Shown: positions 32,918 through 47,832, numbered from the stretch's first letter. The stretch is DNA of 64,000 nucleotides from an uncultured Acidobacteriota bacterium (GCA_963796275.1 CAWCKY010000003.1:1536001-1600000), one strand, 5' to 3'. The notes: a model not told the origin generated them from the letters alone. Numbers and translations are program-made.

Positions 32918-35900
32918 ATGAAACGGATAAAATCAGAGATTGACTATCGCGCATTATTTATAGTGGGCGCATCGGTTTTGCTGAGCATATTTGGGGGAGC
33001 GATCGCTCTTGGACAAACGAGCCGCGGTACAGTGTCCGGCACAGTCTTCGACGCCACCGGAGCCGTAATTGTCGGCGCCAAGGTTGAACTGAAAAACAAT
33101 GGAACCGGAGTAGTTCGCGCAGGCCAGACGAACAGTGTGGGCATCTACCGCTTCGACGCAGTCGATCTCGGGTCTTACAGCTTGAAGATCGATATGAATG
33201 GGTTCAAGCAGTTCGTCATCACAGACATCGGCATCGAAGCCAACCGTACCGCCACCATCGATGCCACGCTCGAGGTGGGCGTGGGTGAGATGACCGTGGA
33301 AGTCAACGCATCGACCGATGAATTGTTAATCAAAGATAGTCCGATTCGCGGCGGCAACATCAGCGCAAAAGTGATAGCGACTTTACCTGTTGCCGGACTT
33401 GAGCCACTCTCAGTCGCCCGGACGTTACCAGGTGTCGTTCAGGCAAGTGGAACTGATGTTTTCGGCAATGGCGGTCAGAACACCCAATTCTCCGTCAACG
33501 GACAGCGTCCGCGCGGCAATAACTACTTGCTCGACGGCACAGAGAACAATGACATCTCAATAGGCGGCAACGCACAAACATTCACCATAACAGATGCCGT
33601 CCAGGAAGTTTCGGTTCAGACCAGCAATTTCGGGACAGAGTTCGGTCGTGGCGGCGGAGGCGTCTTCAACGTCATCACCAAGAGCGGAACCAACGAATAC
33701 CATGGCACCGCACTCTGGCAATATCGCTCGCAGCTCTTCAACGCGGTTCCGAATACCGACAAGATTAATGGCAATCCCAAGGATGTATTCAATCGAAATA
33801 TTTATGGCTTCACCCTGGGTGGTCCGATCATCAAGAATAAAACCTTCGCTTTTGGCGCGCTGCAAAAAGATTCAAACCGCTCGACAGCCAGTTACGATTT
33901 CAGAGTGCCGACAGACGATACCGTTAACAGGCTGCGTGCTCTATTTCCAAACAACCCGCGATTAGATCTCTATCTCAATGCAGTTGGGGATCTGCGCGGC
34001 ACCGCCAATCCAACCCAACTCGCGCTGGGTGCAGACCCCGTAACGGACGTTGATCGCGGTGTGGCCACATTTGCCACGGCGAATATCAGCTTAGCAGCAC
34101 CCAGCGATGCCATTCAGTGGTTGACGCGCATTGATCACAACCTGACGGACGCCCATCGCTTATCGTTCCGCTACATCTATGATTCAAGTATAAATTCGCC
34201 TACCGCTGTCGCTTTCCCAGGCTACATCCAGGAGTTTAAAGGTCGCGACCAAAATTTCCTTTTCAGTGACAACTGGACTTTCAGTCCTACATGGACCAAT
34301 GAATTCCGGTTCTCTTATGGGCGCATAGGATTCAATTTCCCGATTTCTGACAAATCTATAGCGCTCGCCCAAACGATGCCGCTCTTTAATATTCCAAACA
34401 TAGATGCGCCGGGCATTGCCACCACTATTCCGCAATTTCGCTTCGCCAACAACTGGCTATTTCAGGAAACGCAGACGAAAGTTTCCGGGTATCACACATT
34501 CCGGTTTGGCGCTGAATTTCTACGGCAGTTGGCCAGACAGCGCCCGCCATTCAACGAACGCGGCTCATACACGTACACGAATACTGGCACTACATACTCA
34601 GGATTCGCGAATTTTCTGGATGATTACAGCGGTCCGTCAGGTGCTTCGAACCGGAACTTCGGCGATGCAGTATATTACCCGAACCTCTTCCGGCACTCTT
34701 ACTTCTTCCAGGATACGTGGAAGACCAGCAAGTCACTTAGTTTGACCCTGGGGTTGCGTTACGAGAACTTCGGCCAACCTGCCAATGGCGCCTTCGACTT
34801 TCCGGCATTCGCCGGGTTAGATCCGGCGCAATTCGGAGTGCCTAACAAGGTGAACACCGATAACAACAATTTCGGCCCTTCTATCGGTCTGGCCTGGTCA
34901 CCCTATTACAAATCAGGATTACTGGGTCGGTTGTTCGGTGAGGGAAAGACCGTATGGCGTGCCGGTTACCAGGTCAGTTATGACACGTTCTTCAACAATT
35001 TGCTTTCGAACATCGCCGCAGATTCGCCAAATTCGCTCAGCACAACGTTCAATGGTGTGGGAACTATGCGCGGGTCATCCGACTTTTTCAACTCGCTACC
35101 GTCGACCGCACGTACGCCGGTCCCGACGGATCAGCAGACAGCGGTCTTCGAGAAGAACATTCGCAACCCATACACACAACGCTGGTCGCTCGGTTTCCAA
35201 CGCGAGCTGCCCAGCAAGCTATTGCTCGATGTCTCTTATATCGGCACGGGCAGTCACAAACTCTTCACCAGTTCTGACGTTAACCCCCGTTTGCCGAACG
35301 GCGAGCGCCTCTATCCCAATCTCGGTATTCGGCGCGTCCGGGCGAGCGAGGGAAATTCGATATACCACGGGATGCAGGTTCAGCTCGACCGGCGCTTCGC
35401 CAACAACTTCCAGCTCACAGGCGCTTATACATTCTCCCGCAACCTCGACAGCACGAGTGAAGTGTTTGGGACCGGCATTTCGGTTGCAGCGCAGACCTCA
35501 GTGCCAACGTTGCAGGGTGGGCTAAGTCTCGATCGCGGGCTGAGCGATTATCATCGTGCCCATCGTTTCACAATTACCTATTTGATGGATATTCCAGGAC
35601 CGAAGAAGGGAATTTTGAGATTCCCATTCGGCGGTTGGTCGATCTCCGGCATCACGACCTTCCAGTCGGGAACGCCCTACTCGATCGCCAATGGCTTTGA
35701 CCGCAACAACGACAGTCTTGCCAATGATCGCCCGGATATCGGGAATCCGAATGCGCCCATCAATACGCGTGCGGTAGTAACACCGACAACTGGTCCGCGT
35801 AGTTGTGCGACGGGATTCAGCAATCCTGACGCACTAACCCTGACCTGCGTAACACCGGCTGATGTCCGCTGGGTCCAGGGAGTTGGATTGCCAAATGGTT

Positions 35901-36172
35901 CGACCGTAGGCCGCAACAGCCTCATTACCGAAGGCGTCAATAACTTTGACGTCAACATTCTCAAGAGTTTCACTATCTCTGAATCGAAGCGGGTCGAATA
36001 CAGGTTGGAGGCATTCAATTTCTTCAACCACCAGCAGTTTTTCAACGTCCCGGGCGCGAATGTGGTAAGTACGCAAGGCCCAGCAAGTGGCTTGCCCTCA
36101 CGGTTTCTGAACTCCGGCTATACCAATGGAGGCAATCGCAATATGCGGATGCAGTTGAAATTCATTTTTTAA
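32918..36172 (+). CDS. TonB-dependent receptor, Oar-like, with carboxypeptidase-regulatory-like N-domain
   Basis: 1084 aa; SVNGQRPRGNNYLLDGTENND, AVQEVSVQTSNF, FFQDTWK, LGLRYE, C-terminal MQLKFIF. Confidence 0.93.
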   Translation: MKRIKSEIDYRALFIVGASVLLSIFGGAIALGQTSRGTVSGTVFDATGAVIVGAKVELKNNGTGVVRAGQTNSVGIYRFDAVDLGSYSLKIDMNGFKQFVITDIGIEANRTATIDATLEVGVGEMTVEVNASTDELLIKDSPIRGGNISAKVIATLPVAGLEPLSVARTLPGVVQASGTDVFGNGGQNTQFSVNGQRPRGNNYLLDGTENNDISIGGNAQTFTITDAVQEVSVQTSNFGTEFGRGGGGVFNVITKSGTNEYHGTALWQYRSQLFNAVPNTDKINGNPKDVFNRNIYGFTLGGPIIKNKTFAFGALQKDSNRSTASYDFRVPTDDTVNRLRALFPNNPRLDLYLNAVGDLRGTANPTQLALGADPVTDVDRGVATFATANISLAAPSDAIQWLTRIDHNLTDAHRLSFRYIYDSSINSPTAVAFPGYIQEFKGRDQNFLFSDNWTFSPTWTNEFRFSYGRIGFNFPISDKSIALAQTMPLFNIPNIDAPGIATTIPQFRFANNWLFQETQTKVSGYHTFRFGAEFLRQLARQRPPFNERGSYTYTNTGTTYSGFANFLDDYSGPSGASNRNFGDAVYYPNLFRHSYFFQDTWKTSKSLSLTLGLRYENFGQPANGAFDFPAFAGLDPAQFGVPNKVNTDNNNFGPSIGLAWSPYYKSGLLGRLFGEGKTVWRAGYQVSYDTFFNNLLSNIAADSPNSLSTTFNGVGTMRGSSDFFNSLPSTARTPVPTDQQTAVFEKNIRNPYTQRWSLGFQRELPSKLLLDVSYIGTGSHKLFTSSDVNPRLPNGERLYPNLGIRRVRASEGNSIYHGMQVQLDRRFANNFQLTGAYTFSRNLDSTSEVFGTGISVAAQTSVPTLQGGLSLDRGLSDYHRAHRFTITYLMDIPGPKKGILRFPFGGWSISGITTFQSGTPYSIANGFDRNNDSLANDRPDIGNPNAPINTRAVVTPTTGPRSCATGFSNPDALTLTCVTPADVRWVQGVGLPNGSTVGRNSLITEGVNNFDVNILKSFTISESKRVEYRLEAFNFFNHQQFFNVPGANVVSTQGPASGLPSRFLNSGYTNGGNRNMRMQLKFIF

Positions 36173-36197
36173 TGCCGATCAAGCTACTCACAACTGC

Positions 36198-36228
36198 GAA
36201 GGGGGTGGCTTCGGCCACCCTTTTTTTA
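36198..36228 (+). terminator. Rho-independent terminator
   Basis: GGGTGGC-TTCG-GCCACCC followed by a T run. Confidence 0.85.
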
Positions 36229-36243
36229 GAAAACTAGATTTAA

Positions 36244-36347
36244 TTCATAATTATGGATTGAATTTTTGTCAATTATTTTTAATATCATTATAAGTAAAGC
36301 TATATCAATACAACGGTATTCAAAAATAAGTTGGCATAGTTGTTGCT
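36244..36347 (+). promoter_or_regulatory. sigma54 promoter plus upstream palindrome for TonB-dependent receptor 2
   Basis: TGGCATAGTTGTTGCT (36332-36347); TTCATAATTATGGA at 36244-36257. Confidence 0.75.
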
Positions 36348-36459
36348 AATTCCACATTTTAGTCCCGCATTCAGTTTTCTTGATTGAGCTCCCATCTAAT
36401 TCTCAATCTTGAGATGAAATTAACAAAATGAGTAGGCTTCAGCCTCTAGGAGGAACTAT

Positions 36460-39400
36460 ATGCTCACAAATCCAGGGTTTACAGCTACGCGATGCAAGAA
36501 ACCTCCGGTTCTTCAGTGCGTGATAATGCTCTGTTTAATGATTCTCTTATCGACTTTTGCAACGGCTCAAGGCATTCGCGGAACGATAAAGGGAACCGTA
36601 ACTGATCCAAATGGAGCAGTTGTAACGGGTGCGACAGTGGCGCTGATGGACATGGCTAAACAAACAACCATCCGCACTGTTAAGACCGATGGAAGCGGTG
36701 TTTATCAGTTAGTTGAAATAGACCCTTCAATGTATCAGATCACCATTACTTCTCCCGGGTTTTCAGATAATAGAATGACGGATATCAAGGTCGAACCGAA
36801 CCGCAACCTAGTCATCGATGTCTCGCTCAGAGTATCGGGGGCAACCGAACAGGTGACGGTGACAGCCGGACAAGAGCTCATCGATCGAGAATCATCAACA
36901 CTCGGCACAACGGTGGATAATCGACGAGTTGTGGATTTACCGCTAAACGGACGAGGGGTATTGCAACTTGCTCAGCTTCAACCGGGAGTGATTCCAGTTA
37001 ACGGTGGACTTGGCATTCGCGTTAACGGCGGTCGGACAGTGGAGAATAATGTACAGCTCGATGGCAGCAATAATAACGAAGTGGCTGTCGGTGGCTCAGT
37101 CGGTGTTCAACCTCGACCTGACGCCGTGCAGGAATTCCGCGTACTTACTTCTAACTTCGATCCAGAATTTGGTCGTAATGCTGGCTCCGTTATCAACGTT
37201 GTGGTCCGCAGCGGTGAGAATTCATTTTCATGGGAACGGCCGCATTTTTTACCGCCCCACCTTTTTGTCGGCAGCGCGTTTCTTCGATCAAAACCTGCCG
37301 GGTAGCACTCCATTGCGTGGGACGGATGACTTCCGACGGCAGTTTGAACGTAAAGATTTTGGCGGCAATATAGGCGGCCCGATCTACCTTCCTCGTTTCG
37401 GTAAAGGGGGGCCAGGGCTTTACAGTGGCAAGAATAAAGCCTTCTTCTTTGTTGATTACGAGGGCCGGCGGCAATTGATTGGTGATACTCGTCTCTTGAC
37501 AGGATTACCGTCAGCGGATGAACGCCAAGGTATCTTCACCCGTATGCCTGACCCCATCACCAACCTGCCGATCCCGTTGCTAGACCCTGCGACAGGTGCG
37601 GCATTTCCGATCATTTCAGGCACTGTTGCACAAGGGCAGACCATTAGGCAACAGATTGATCCTGGCCGTTTCTCACCAATCGCACAATATTATCTAAATT
37701 TCCTGCCGACGCCCGATGCGACCGGAAGAGCGCGCGTAGGTGCCAATGAGATAACCAATTTCGACCAATTGACGACGCGTCTGGATTTCCAACTTAGCGA
37801 AAAACACTCGCTTAGTGGGACATATACATACTTCGATCAGTTAATTGACTCACCATTCGCCTTTGGTGGCGCTTCTGTGCCTGGTTTCGGATCTTTTGAT
37901 CTGCGTACCACACAAAATTATGCAGTGCGTTACACCTTTACGATCAGTCCAACTATCGTGAATTCGTTGACGATCGGTTATGCGCGTAACAACCAGCCGA
38001 GCACAACCCCGCAAAATACGACGACTCCAGATCAAATCGGATTCTCTGCGAATTTTGTTGCAGATCCCCAGTTTGCCGGCCCTCCACGCATCTCTCTAGT
38101 TAATCGCGGTCTGGTCCTGGGCAATACGATACAAGGACCGCAGGCTCGCGTGAGTGAGAACTTTCAGATTCAAGACTCGGTGACTTGGGTCTCTGGGGAT
38201 CATCGTTTCAAGTTCGGTTTCGATGGCACCAAGTATCGTCAGGATCAGGCTTTCTTGTTCGTCAATCAGGGGATTATCAACTTCTCTCGCACGGCGGGGA
38301 CGAAGACGACTGGGGACGATTTTTCAGATTTCCTTCTGGGCGCCTATCCAACATCAGTGCAGTTCGGTTCAAATGGGCTGCGCGATTTTCGTCAGGATTT
38401 CATTGCGGGGTTCGGTCAGGATACGTGGCGAGTTCGCGACAACTTCACACTTACATATGGGATGCGTTATGAATACGTCTCTCCACTCAGTGACAAGTTT
38501 GACCGGGTAGCATATTACCGTCCGGGTACAACCTCTCAAAGTTTGGTTTCCGGTCAATTACAGACACTTGAAGGTGTGCCGATCGTAGTCCCCGCAGGAC
38601 GTCGCGCACCGAACGGTCTGGTTTATGTAGGAGACCCGGATCCGGTACTCGGTGGCACAGTGCCACGCGGCGGTGTCGCGAAAGACATGAATAACTTTGC
38701 GCCGCGTCTGGGCATTGCTTACTCAGTGAGGGCAAATGATGGCTTGTTGGGCAAGCTGAGCGGCGGAAACCAAACAGTCATTCGTGCAGGGTTCGGGATG
38801 TTCTACGGCGCTGTAATTGGCGACACTATTTTGCAACAGCTAACTGCTCCCGGATTCAACGGCACGAATTCGTTCTTTGGACCAGCTGGCGGTACATTGG
38901 CTGATCCGTTCGCGCCTGATCCGTTCCCGAACTTCCAATCGGGCAGGCCCATTCAACAGGTGCCGAATCCATTCGGATCGAGCGCTTTCAATGTCTTCCC
39001 GCCTCTCACGGCGTTCTCGCGTGCGACAGATCCTAATATCCGTACACCTTACACGATGCAGTATAACCTCACTATCGAGCGTGGTTTCGCTAAGGACTAC
39101 GTTGCTACTCTGAGCTACGTTGGGAATCGAGGGGTCAAACTATATGCGCTCGAGCAAGTCAATCCCTCCTTGGGCACGTTCTTTGACGTACCGGCAGGGC
39201 GTACAATCCCAACTCCAACACAGGGCAATGCCAACTTCCGTAGAGGTAACGATGATATTCGAGTAGGACTAAGCCAGATGGTTAGCGCGGGTAACTCGCA
39301 CTATCATTCTTTCCAGGCTCAGTTGCAGAAACGTTTCAGTAAAGGGCTGCTTTTCCAGGGCGGCTATACCTTCTCGAAGTTGATCACTGATTCGGACGAA

Positions 39401-40036
39401 CTGAGAAGTAACTTGGATCTGCTTGATCGGAGTATGACGCGTGGGTTGTCACCGAACGATGTGCCGCATCGTTTTGTTGGCAGCTTCATTTATGATTTGC
39501 CTTTTGGTAAGACAGGCAGTCGTGTGGTACGAACCTTGTTTGGCGGGTACGGTTTTGGTGGCATCGTGACTTTCCAATCGGGTTCCCCATTTAACGTTAA
39601 TAATCCATTTGATACTGTAGGCACCGGCGGAGGCGTAACCAGCTTTGCTGATTTGGGAACATCGTTTCAGCAGGTTGATCCACGGGAGAATGACACCCGA
39701 GCCTTCAACACCGACGCCTTCAGTTCGTTCGGCGATCCGGCCAACGGGTTCGTCCTGTCGCGAGATTTCAGACGCGGCACAGCTGGAAACAACCAGTTCC
39801 GCCTGCAAAACGGCCTCAATAATTGGGATATGATCCTCACCAAAAAGACCCCGCTTTATGGTGATCGCGCTAACCTCGAATTACGGTTCGAGGCCTTCAA
39901 TGTGTTCAATCATACCCAGTTCAACGATGTTGATACCAATTTGCTGAATACGATTCCTACCCGTAACACATTCGGTAACTTTACCTCTGCCCGTGAGGCT
40001 CGCATTATTCAGCTCGGCGCACGGGTCTCCTTCTGA
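36460..40036 (+). CDS. TonB-dependent receptor, Oar-like, split by a one-base frameshift at 37225-37228
   Basis: ORF 36460..37305 (signal peptide, N-domain, plug up to VVRSGENSF) continues as HGNGRIFYR in ORF 37004..40036, ending IQLGARVSF; one extra T in a TTTT run. Confidence 0.88.
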
Positions 40037-40093
40037 TGGAGGGTCGCTATAAGCAGAATCGGTAGGACAATTACAATTTGGCCTTCAAAAATC

Positions 40094-40123
40094 GGGCGTT
40101 GCTGCACTCATCAGCAACGCCTG
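40094..40123 (+). terminator. Putative terminator hairpin
   Basis: GGCGTTGCTG...CAGCAACGCC stem; weak T tail. Confidence 0.5.
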
Positions 40124-40326
40124 ATCTATTAAGTACTATAAGAGCGAGATGAGAAACGCCCTGGTTGTGAAGCTAGTCATTCAGCCTATCGTGTTCCTTT
40201 GGTGGGCCGGCGTGCGTTCGAGAAAAAAATATGAATAGGCTGATGACCTCTCCCAATCAATCGCGAGCTGTGGTAATGGTTGGCCGAACTGGCTGCTATC
40301 CCAAATGAAAAGTTGAGCGAATGACC

Positions 40327-41963
40327 ATGGCCAAAGAGGACGAGACTCCGCGAACCAAATCCTGCCGAAATCGAGAACCTAATCGAGCAGATTCGAGGAA
40401 CGAATCTGGACCCGCGAGCCAAAGAGAAAGTAGAGCGACTGTTAAGAACCGTCCTGACCTTGGCGGAACTGCTCCAAAGGAAGAATACTTCGATCAAAAA
40501 GCTACGTGAAATGATCTTCGGCAAGCGGACGGAGAGACATCAAGCGAGAAAGGCCGAAGGCCAGGAGAAGGCGCCCGAATCCGAGAGGTCGGATGACGGC
40601 CAACCGAAAGCGGCCAGTGATCAAGACGCGCATGCGGAACTGCGCGTAGTTGGAAGCAGGGACAACCCGAAACGGAAAGGGCACGGACGCCGCGCGGCCT
40701 CCAATTACAGCGGGGCAAGGATCGTCAGATGCCGGCATGAACGTTTGAAAGCGGGCGACGACTGTCCAGCATCATGTGGCGGGCGGCTCTACGACCTGAA
40801 GGAGCCTACGGCGTTGATGTAATTCACGGGGCAACCGCTGATCACGGCCACCAAGTTCGAACGGGAGGCGCTGCGCTGCGCCAAATGCCAACGACGTTAT
40901 GTAGCGCCGTTGCCTGAAGGAGTGAAGGATGAGCGGTACGACGCGACCTGTGACGCGACGATCGCGCTAATGAGATATGGCGGCGGTCTTCCCTGGCATC
41001 GACAGGCAGGATTGCAGGCGATGGGCGGAGTGCCATTAGCAGAAGCGACGATGTGGGAACGGTGCGAAGCGACGGCGAACGCCGCGATGGGAATCTTCCT
41101 GCGACTGACGCGCTTGGCGGCCGACGGCGAGGTTATGCACACCGACGACACCTGGGTCAGAATCCTTTCGTGTTTGAAAGAAGACAAGGAAAAGAAAGGG
41201 CGGGCGACAAACACCAGCGGGATCGTAGTGAAGGCCGGAGGGCGCAAGATCGCGCTTTATTTGAGCGGGAGGCGTCACGCGGGGGAGAATCTGGCGGAGT
41301 TGCTCGGAAGCGCGACGAGAGTCTGGCGCGGCCGATCCAAATGAGTGACGCCCTGGCGGCCAACACGAGCGTGGAGAAAGGCGTGATCCGTTCCTGCTGT
41401 CTGGCGCACGCCCGAAGGAAGGTCTTTGAATTGAAGGATGACTATCCGGCCGATTGCGCGGTGGTACTGGACTCATCGGCAAGGTCTATGGATACGAGGC
41501 CGAGACGGCAGAGATGAATGGCGTACGGCGGTTGGCCTACTATCAGGAAAAGAGCGGGCCGGTGATGAGGGAATTGAAGGAATGGATCGAGGCGCGATTC
41601 TCTGACTGCCATGTGGAGCCGAACTCGAATTTGGGCAAGGCGCTGCAATATTGGCTGAGTCATTGGGAAAAGTTGACGGTGTGGCTCCGCGAGCCGGGCA
41701 CGCCGATCGATAATAACGAGTCAGGGCGGGCGTTGAAACAATTCACCCTGATGCGAAAGAACTCGATGTTCTTCAAAACCGAGCACGGGGCGACGGTCGG
41801 TGATGTGTTGGCATCGCTGATCCGGACTTGCCGATTGAATGGCGCCAATGCCTGGGACTACCTGTTAACGATTGTTCGCAACAAGGAGGATGCGCGAAGC
41901 AATCCGCATCTGTACCTGCCTTGGAATTACAAGGGAGGCGAGGCGGGATCGCTGGCGGCTTGA
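40327..41963 (+). pseudogene. tnpC: IS66 DDE transposase pseudogene
   Basis: Fragments LREMIFGKRTE, CPASCGG, MHTDDT, CCLAHARRK, LGKALQYWL, IDNNESGRALK...RKNSMF; in-frame TAA at 40820 and frameshifts near 40350, 41305 and 41470. Confidence 0.88.
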
Positions 41964-42316
41964 GCTTCGGCGCCGGGCAACTTCCGCCACGCGGGCGCGA
42001 AACTGGCCTGATCGGGCAGGCCGTTATAAAGAAGAACCGAGAGCTGTTGCGCCTGGAGTGGGTGGAGTGGCGTGTCCGGATTTTTCGGGCCACCAGCGAA
42101 TGCGCCCCTGGGAGAGCCTGCGGGTAACCAACCAGTATCCGACCCCATCGTAACATAACATTTTGAGGGCCGTGCCGCGGCGATTTCGAAACACAAACAT
42201 GGTTCCGGAGAAAGGATATTCAGCCAACTCGCGTTTGCAAATCACGGCAAGCCATTACGGAAGTCGATCGGCTTGCAGGCGAGAAGGATCCTGAGTTGAG
42301 GGATGAGTTGAATCAT
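41927..42316 (-). pseudogene. tnpB: IS66 accessory protein TnpB pseudogene
   Basis: MIQLIPQLRILLACKPIDFRNG / PFSGTMFVFRNRRGTALKMLCYDGVGYWL...RRLSQGRIRWWP / LQAQQLSVLL...WRKL, joined across frameshifts. Confidence 0.85.
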
Positions 42317-42323
42317 CGAGATT

Positions 42324-42737
42324 TCAATCGCGCAGGAAATCGGCGCAGAGTTGGGTGATGGACGCCAGGTCAAGTGAGGGCAGTGTCAGCGCAAGGCGTG
42401 CGCCGTCGGGCCGTTCAACCAAAAGACGACAACCGGCGGCGAGCGAGGTCGCAAGTGGTCTTGGCTCGGGTATCTTGATTTCAGGCGGCAAAGTGAAAAA
42501 GGCGGTCTGGGGCTTGCGGTGAACGAGGTCAGATCTTTTAGTCTCCGGCTTTTTCAATCGCCCTGGGTCGAGTTTCAAAACGCTGCGGACGAGCGAAGGT
42601 GAATAGCGACTAGCCATTTCCGCAGCGGCCTGGCGGAACTCGTCGGGTATTGGCTGGCGCGTGTATTTGCGGGTTGCTCGCCAAGCCTCCAGGCGGTCTT
42701 TAAGCTTGAGCAGATCAGCAGGAACAGTTGAATCCAT
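42324..42737 (-). CDS. IS66 accessory TnpA-like protein
   Basis: 137 aa, LEAWRATR...IPDEFRQAAAEMA...LVERPDGARL; lies directly upstream of tnpB inside the IRs. Confidence 0.7.
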   Translation of the reverse strand: MDSTVPADLLKLKDRLEAWRATRKYTRQPIPDEFRQAAAEMASRYSPSLVRSVLKLDPGRLKKPETKRSDLVHRKPQTAFFTLPPEIKIPEPRPLATSLAAGCRLLVERPDGARLALTLPSLDLASITQLCADFLRD

Positions 42738-42887
42738 GAAGAACCTCCGAAAGATGAAATATCGATCTAGGAGTGGAGAATAGAGGGTTCAGGGCGGCGC
42801 CGTCACGCCGGCCAACCGAAAGAGTGGTCTACCAGTGAGGCTGCTGGAAGAAGTCAGTCACGCCCCATCTATAGGAAGTCGATTGAT

Positions 42888-43358
42888 ATGAAGACAAGAT
42901 TCATTTTACTTACATTCGCCTTGTGTTTGGGGGTATTTGCAGATGTACTCTCAGCGACCGAATATACTTATGCCGTAGCTTCTCGAGGCTGCATGCAAAA
43001 TGATGCGCGTGCTCTGGAAGTTTATTTGACACAAGAGCATTATAAGGGCGAGGCGTTTCCACCTATGCCTTACATTCGTATAGAGGTAGAGTGGAGCGAC
43101 TGGAAAAACTTGATCGGGAAGGACCTTAAACTTGCACAATTGTCACGACACAAACCGGATCCGCAAACGCCGACCGTGCGCGCGGAGCTGAATCTTGAGC
43201 GGCAGGAGCGGGCATGGTTACGTGGCACGCTTCGCCTGAAGAAGGTAGAGGTGAATAAGCAAGTGGAGGGCTCCTATGAGTTCGCTGGGCCTAATTATCT
43301 TAAATGGACAGGCATGTTCAAAGCGCAATGGGGCAAGGACCAACTTCCTTGTGGATGA
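42888..43358 (+). CDS. Hypothetical secreted protein
   Basis: 156 aa, signal peptide, AGGAAG RBS, two mature-region Cys. Confidence 0.7.
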   Translation: MKTRFILLTFALCLGVFADVLSATEYTYAVASRGCMQNDARALEVYLTQEHYKGEAFPPMPYIRIEVEWSDWKNLIGKDLKLAQLSRHKPDPQTPTVRAELNLERQERAWLRGTLRLKKVEVNKQVEGSYEFAGPNYLKWTGMFKAQWGKDQLPCG

Positions 43359-43635
43359 TGGTGGGTCTTTAGTGAGCAGGTTTGACGCATTACAGGATGT
43401 CAAACTTGCTCACCAAAGGTTCACAACTTATCAATCTAAATCGCAAGAACCAAGATTGGGTGGGACATTTATGCGGCTAACTTCAGTGCCTAATCTTGGC
43501 GCAATTTTTGGCTAGCTAGATTTCAACTTCGAACTCGTCGTAAATCTCCAGGAAATATTATCTAACTTTTTCCTGCCTTTCATTTTTCCTTGGTATCAAT
43601 AGCTCATATCCTTCTTCCGAAAATTTGCATTATAT

Positions 43636-43738
43636 TCCAATAAAATGGAAAGATGCTGCCGACATTCGCAGCGCTAGACGCCTAAATGCAATCCAATCAG
43701 AGAGATAATGGCGCTAATCATCTGGCATATTACTTGCC
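43636..43738 (+). promoter_or_regulatory. sigma54 promoter plus upstream palindrome for TonB-dependent receptor 3
   Basis: TGGCATATTACTTGCC (43723-43738); TCCAATAAAATGGA at 43636-43649. Confidence 0.75.
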
Positions 43739-44020
43739 TGATTATCTGTGATTTCTCTAAGACTTGAAAATATCAAGTGCATATCACGTAGATTGATTTA
43801 AAAATTCAGCACCGCTACATAAAGACACTCAATAAAATTGTTCTTATAGCAATCTTCCACGACCCACGGCGGAGGCTGGTTTAAGTGTTTCCTTGAGATA
43901 TCGCTGGCTACACGGCAATGTAACATTGCCGTGTAAGTCAACGCGGTATTCCTCTGGGTGACCTTCTTAAGCCAGCATTCAACTTAACATCACTTCAAAC
44001 TGCACGATAGGAGGTACTCC

Positions 44021-47584
<3,564 letters not shown>

Positions 47585-47705
47585 ATCGCACGATCCGTGC
47601 GATCTCTCCTGACGCAAACCAGCCGGGTCGCAAAACGCATTTGCGGCCTGGTCGCTTTGCTTGATGTTTTCCCAAAATTCTCTTCCATATTAACCGCGCG
47701 CCCGG

Positions 47706-47735
47706 TTGACACTTTGTGAAAATATGTGCTAATTA
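47706..47735 (+). promoter_or_regulatory. Possible sigma70 promoter of the atp genes
   Basis: Perfect TTGACA at 47706; weak -10 (TGCTAATT) 17-18 bp downstream. Confidence 0.35.
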
Positions 47736-47832
47736 TATCCCCTTAACTGACTGAGATTTGCTAGCTTTGTGGGGATGTTCTGCAGTAAAAGGTTCCGAAT
47801 ATTTGCGCAGAGCGGGGAGGTGAACATCTATC

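Larger units (their letters stand above)
40186..42832. mobile_element. Decayed IS66-family insertion sequence (~2.65 kb)
   Basis: Imperfect 29-bp terminal inverted repeats: left CTATCGTGTTCCTTTGGTGGGCCGGCGTG, right (reverse complement) GTAGACCACTCTTTCGGTTGGCCGGCGTG; encloses tnpC-, tnpB- and tnpA-like sequences. Confidence 0.8.

Noticed and set aside
40820-40822. Recoding of the in-frame stop in tnpC, given the nearby selB
   Set aside because: The codon is TAA, not TGA, and the gene has several other lesions.
40178-42840. 8-bp target-site duplication for the IS66 element (CATTCAGC vs CAGTGAGG)
   Set aside because: Only 5 of 8 positions match; not distinguishable from chance.
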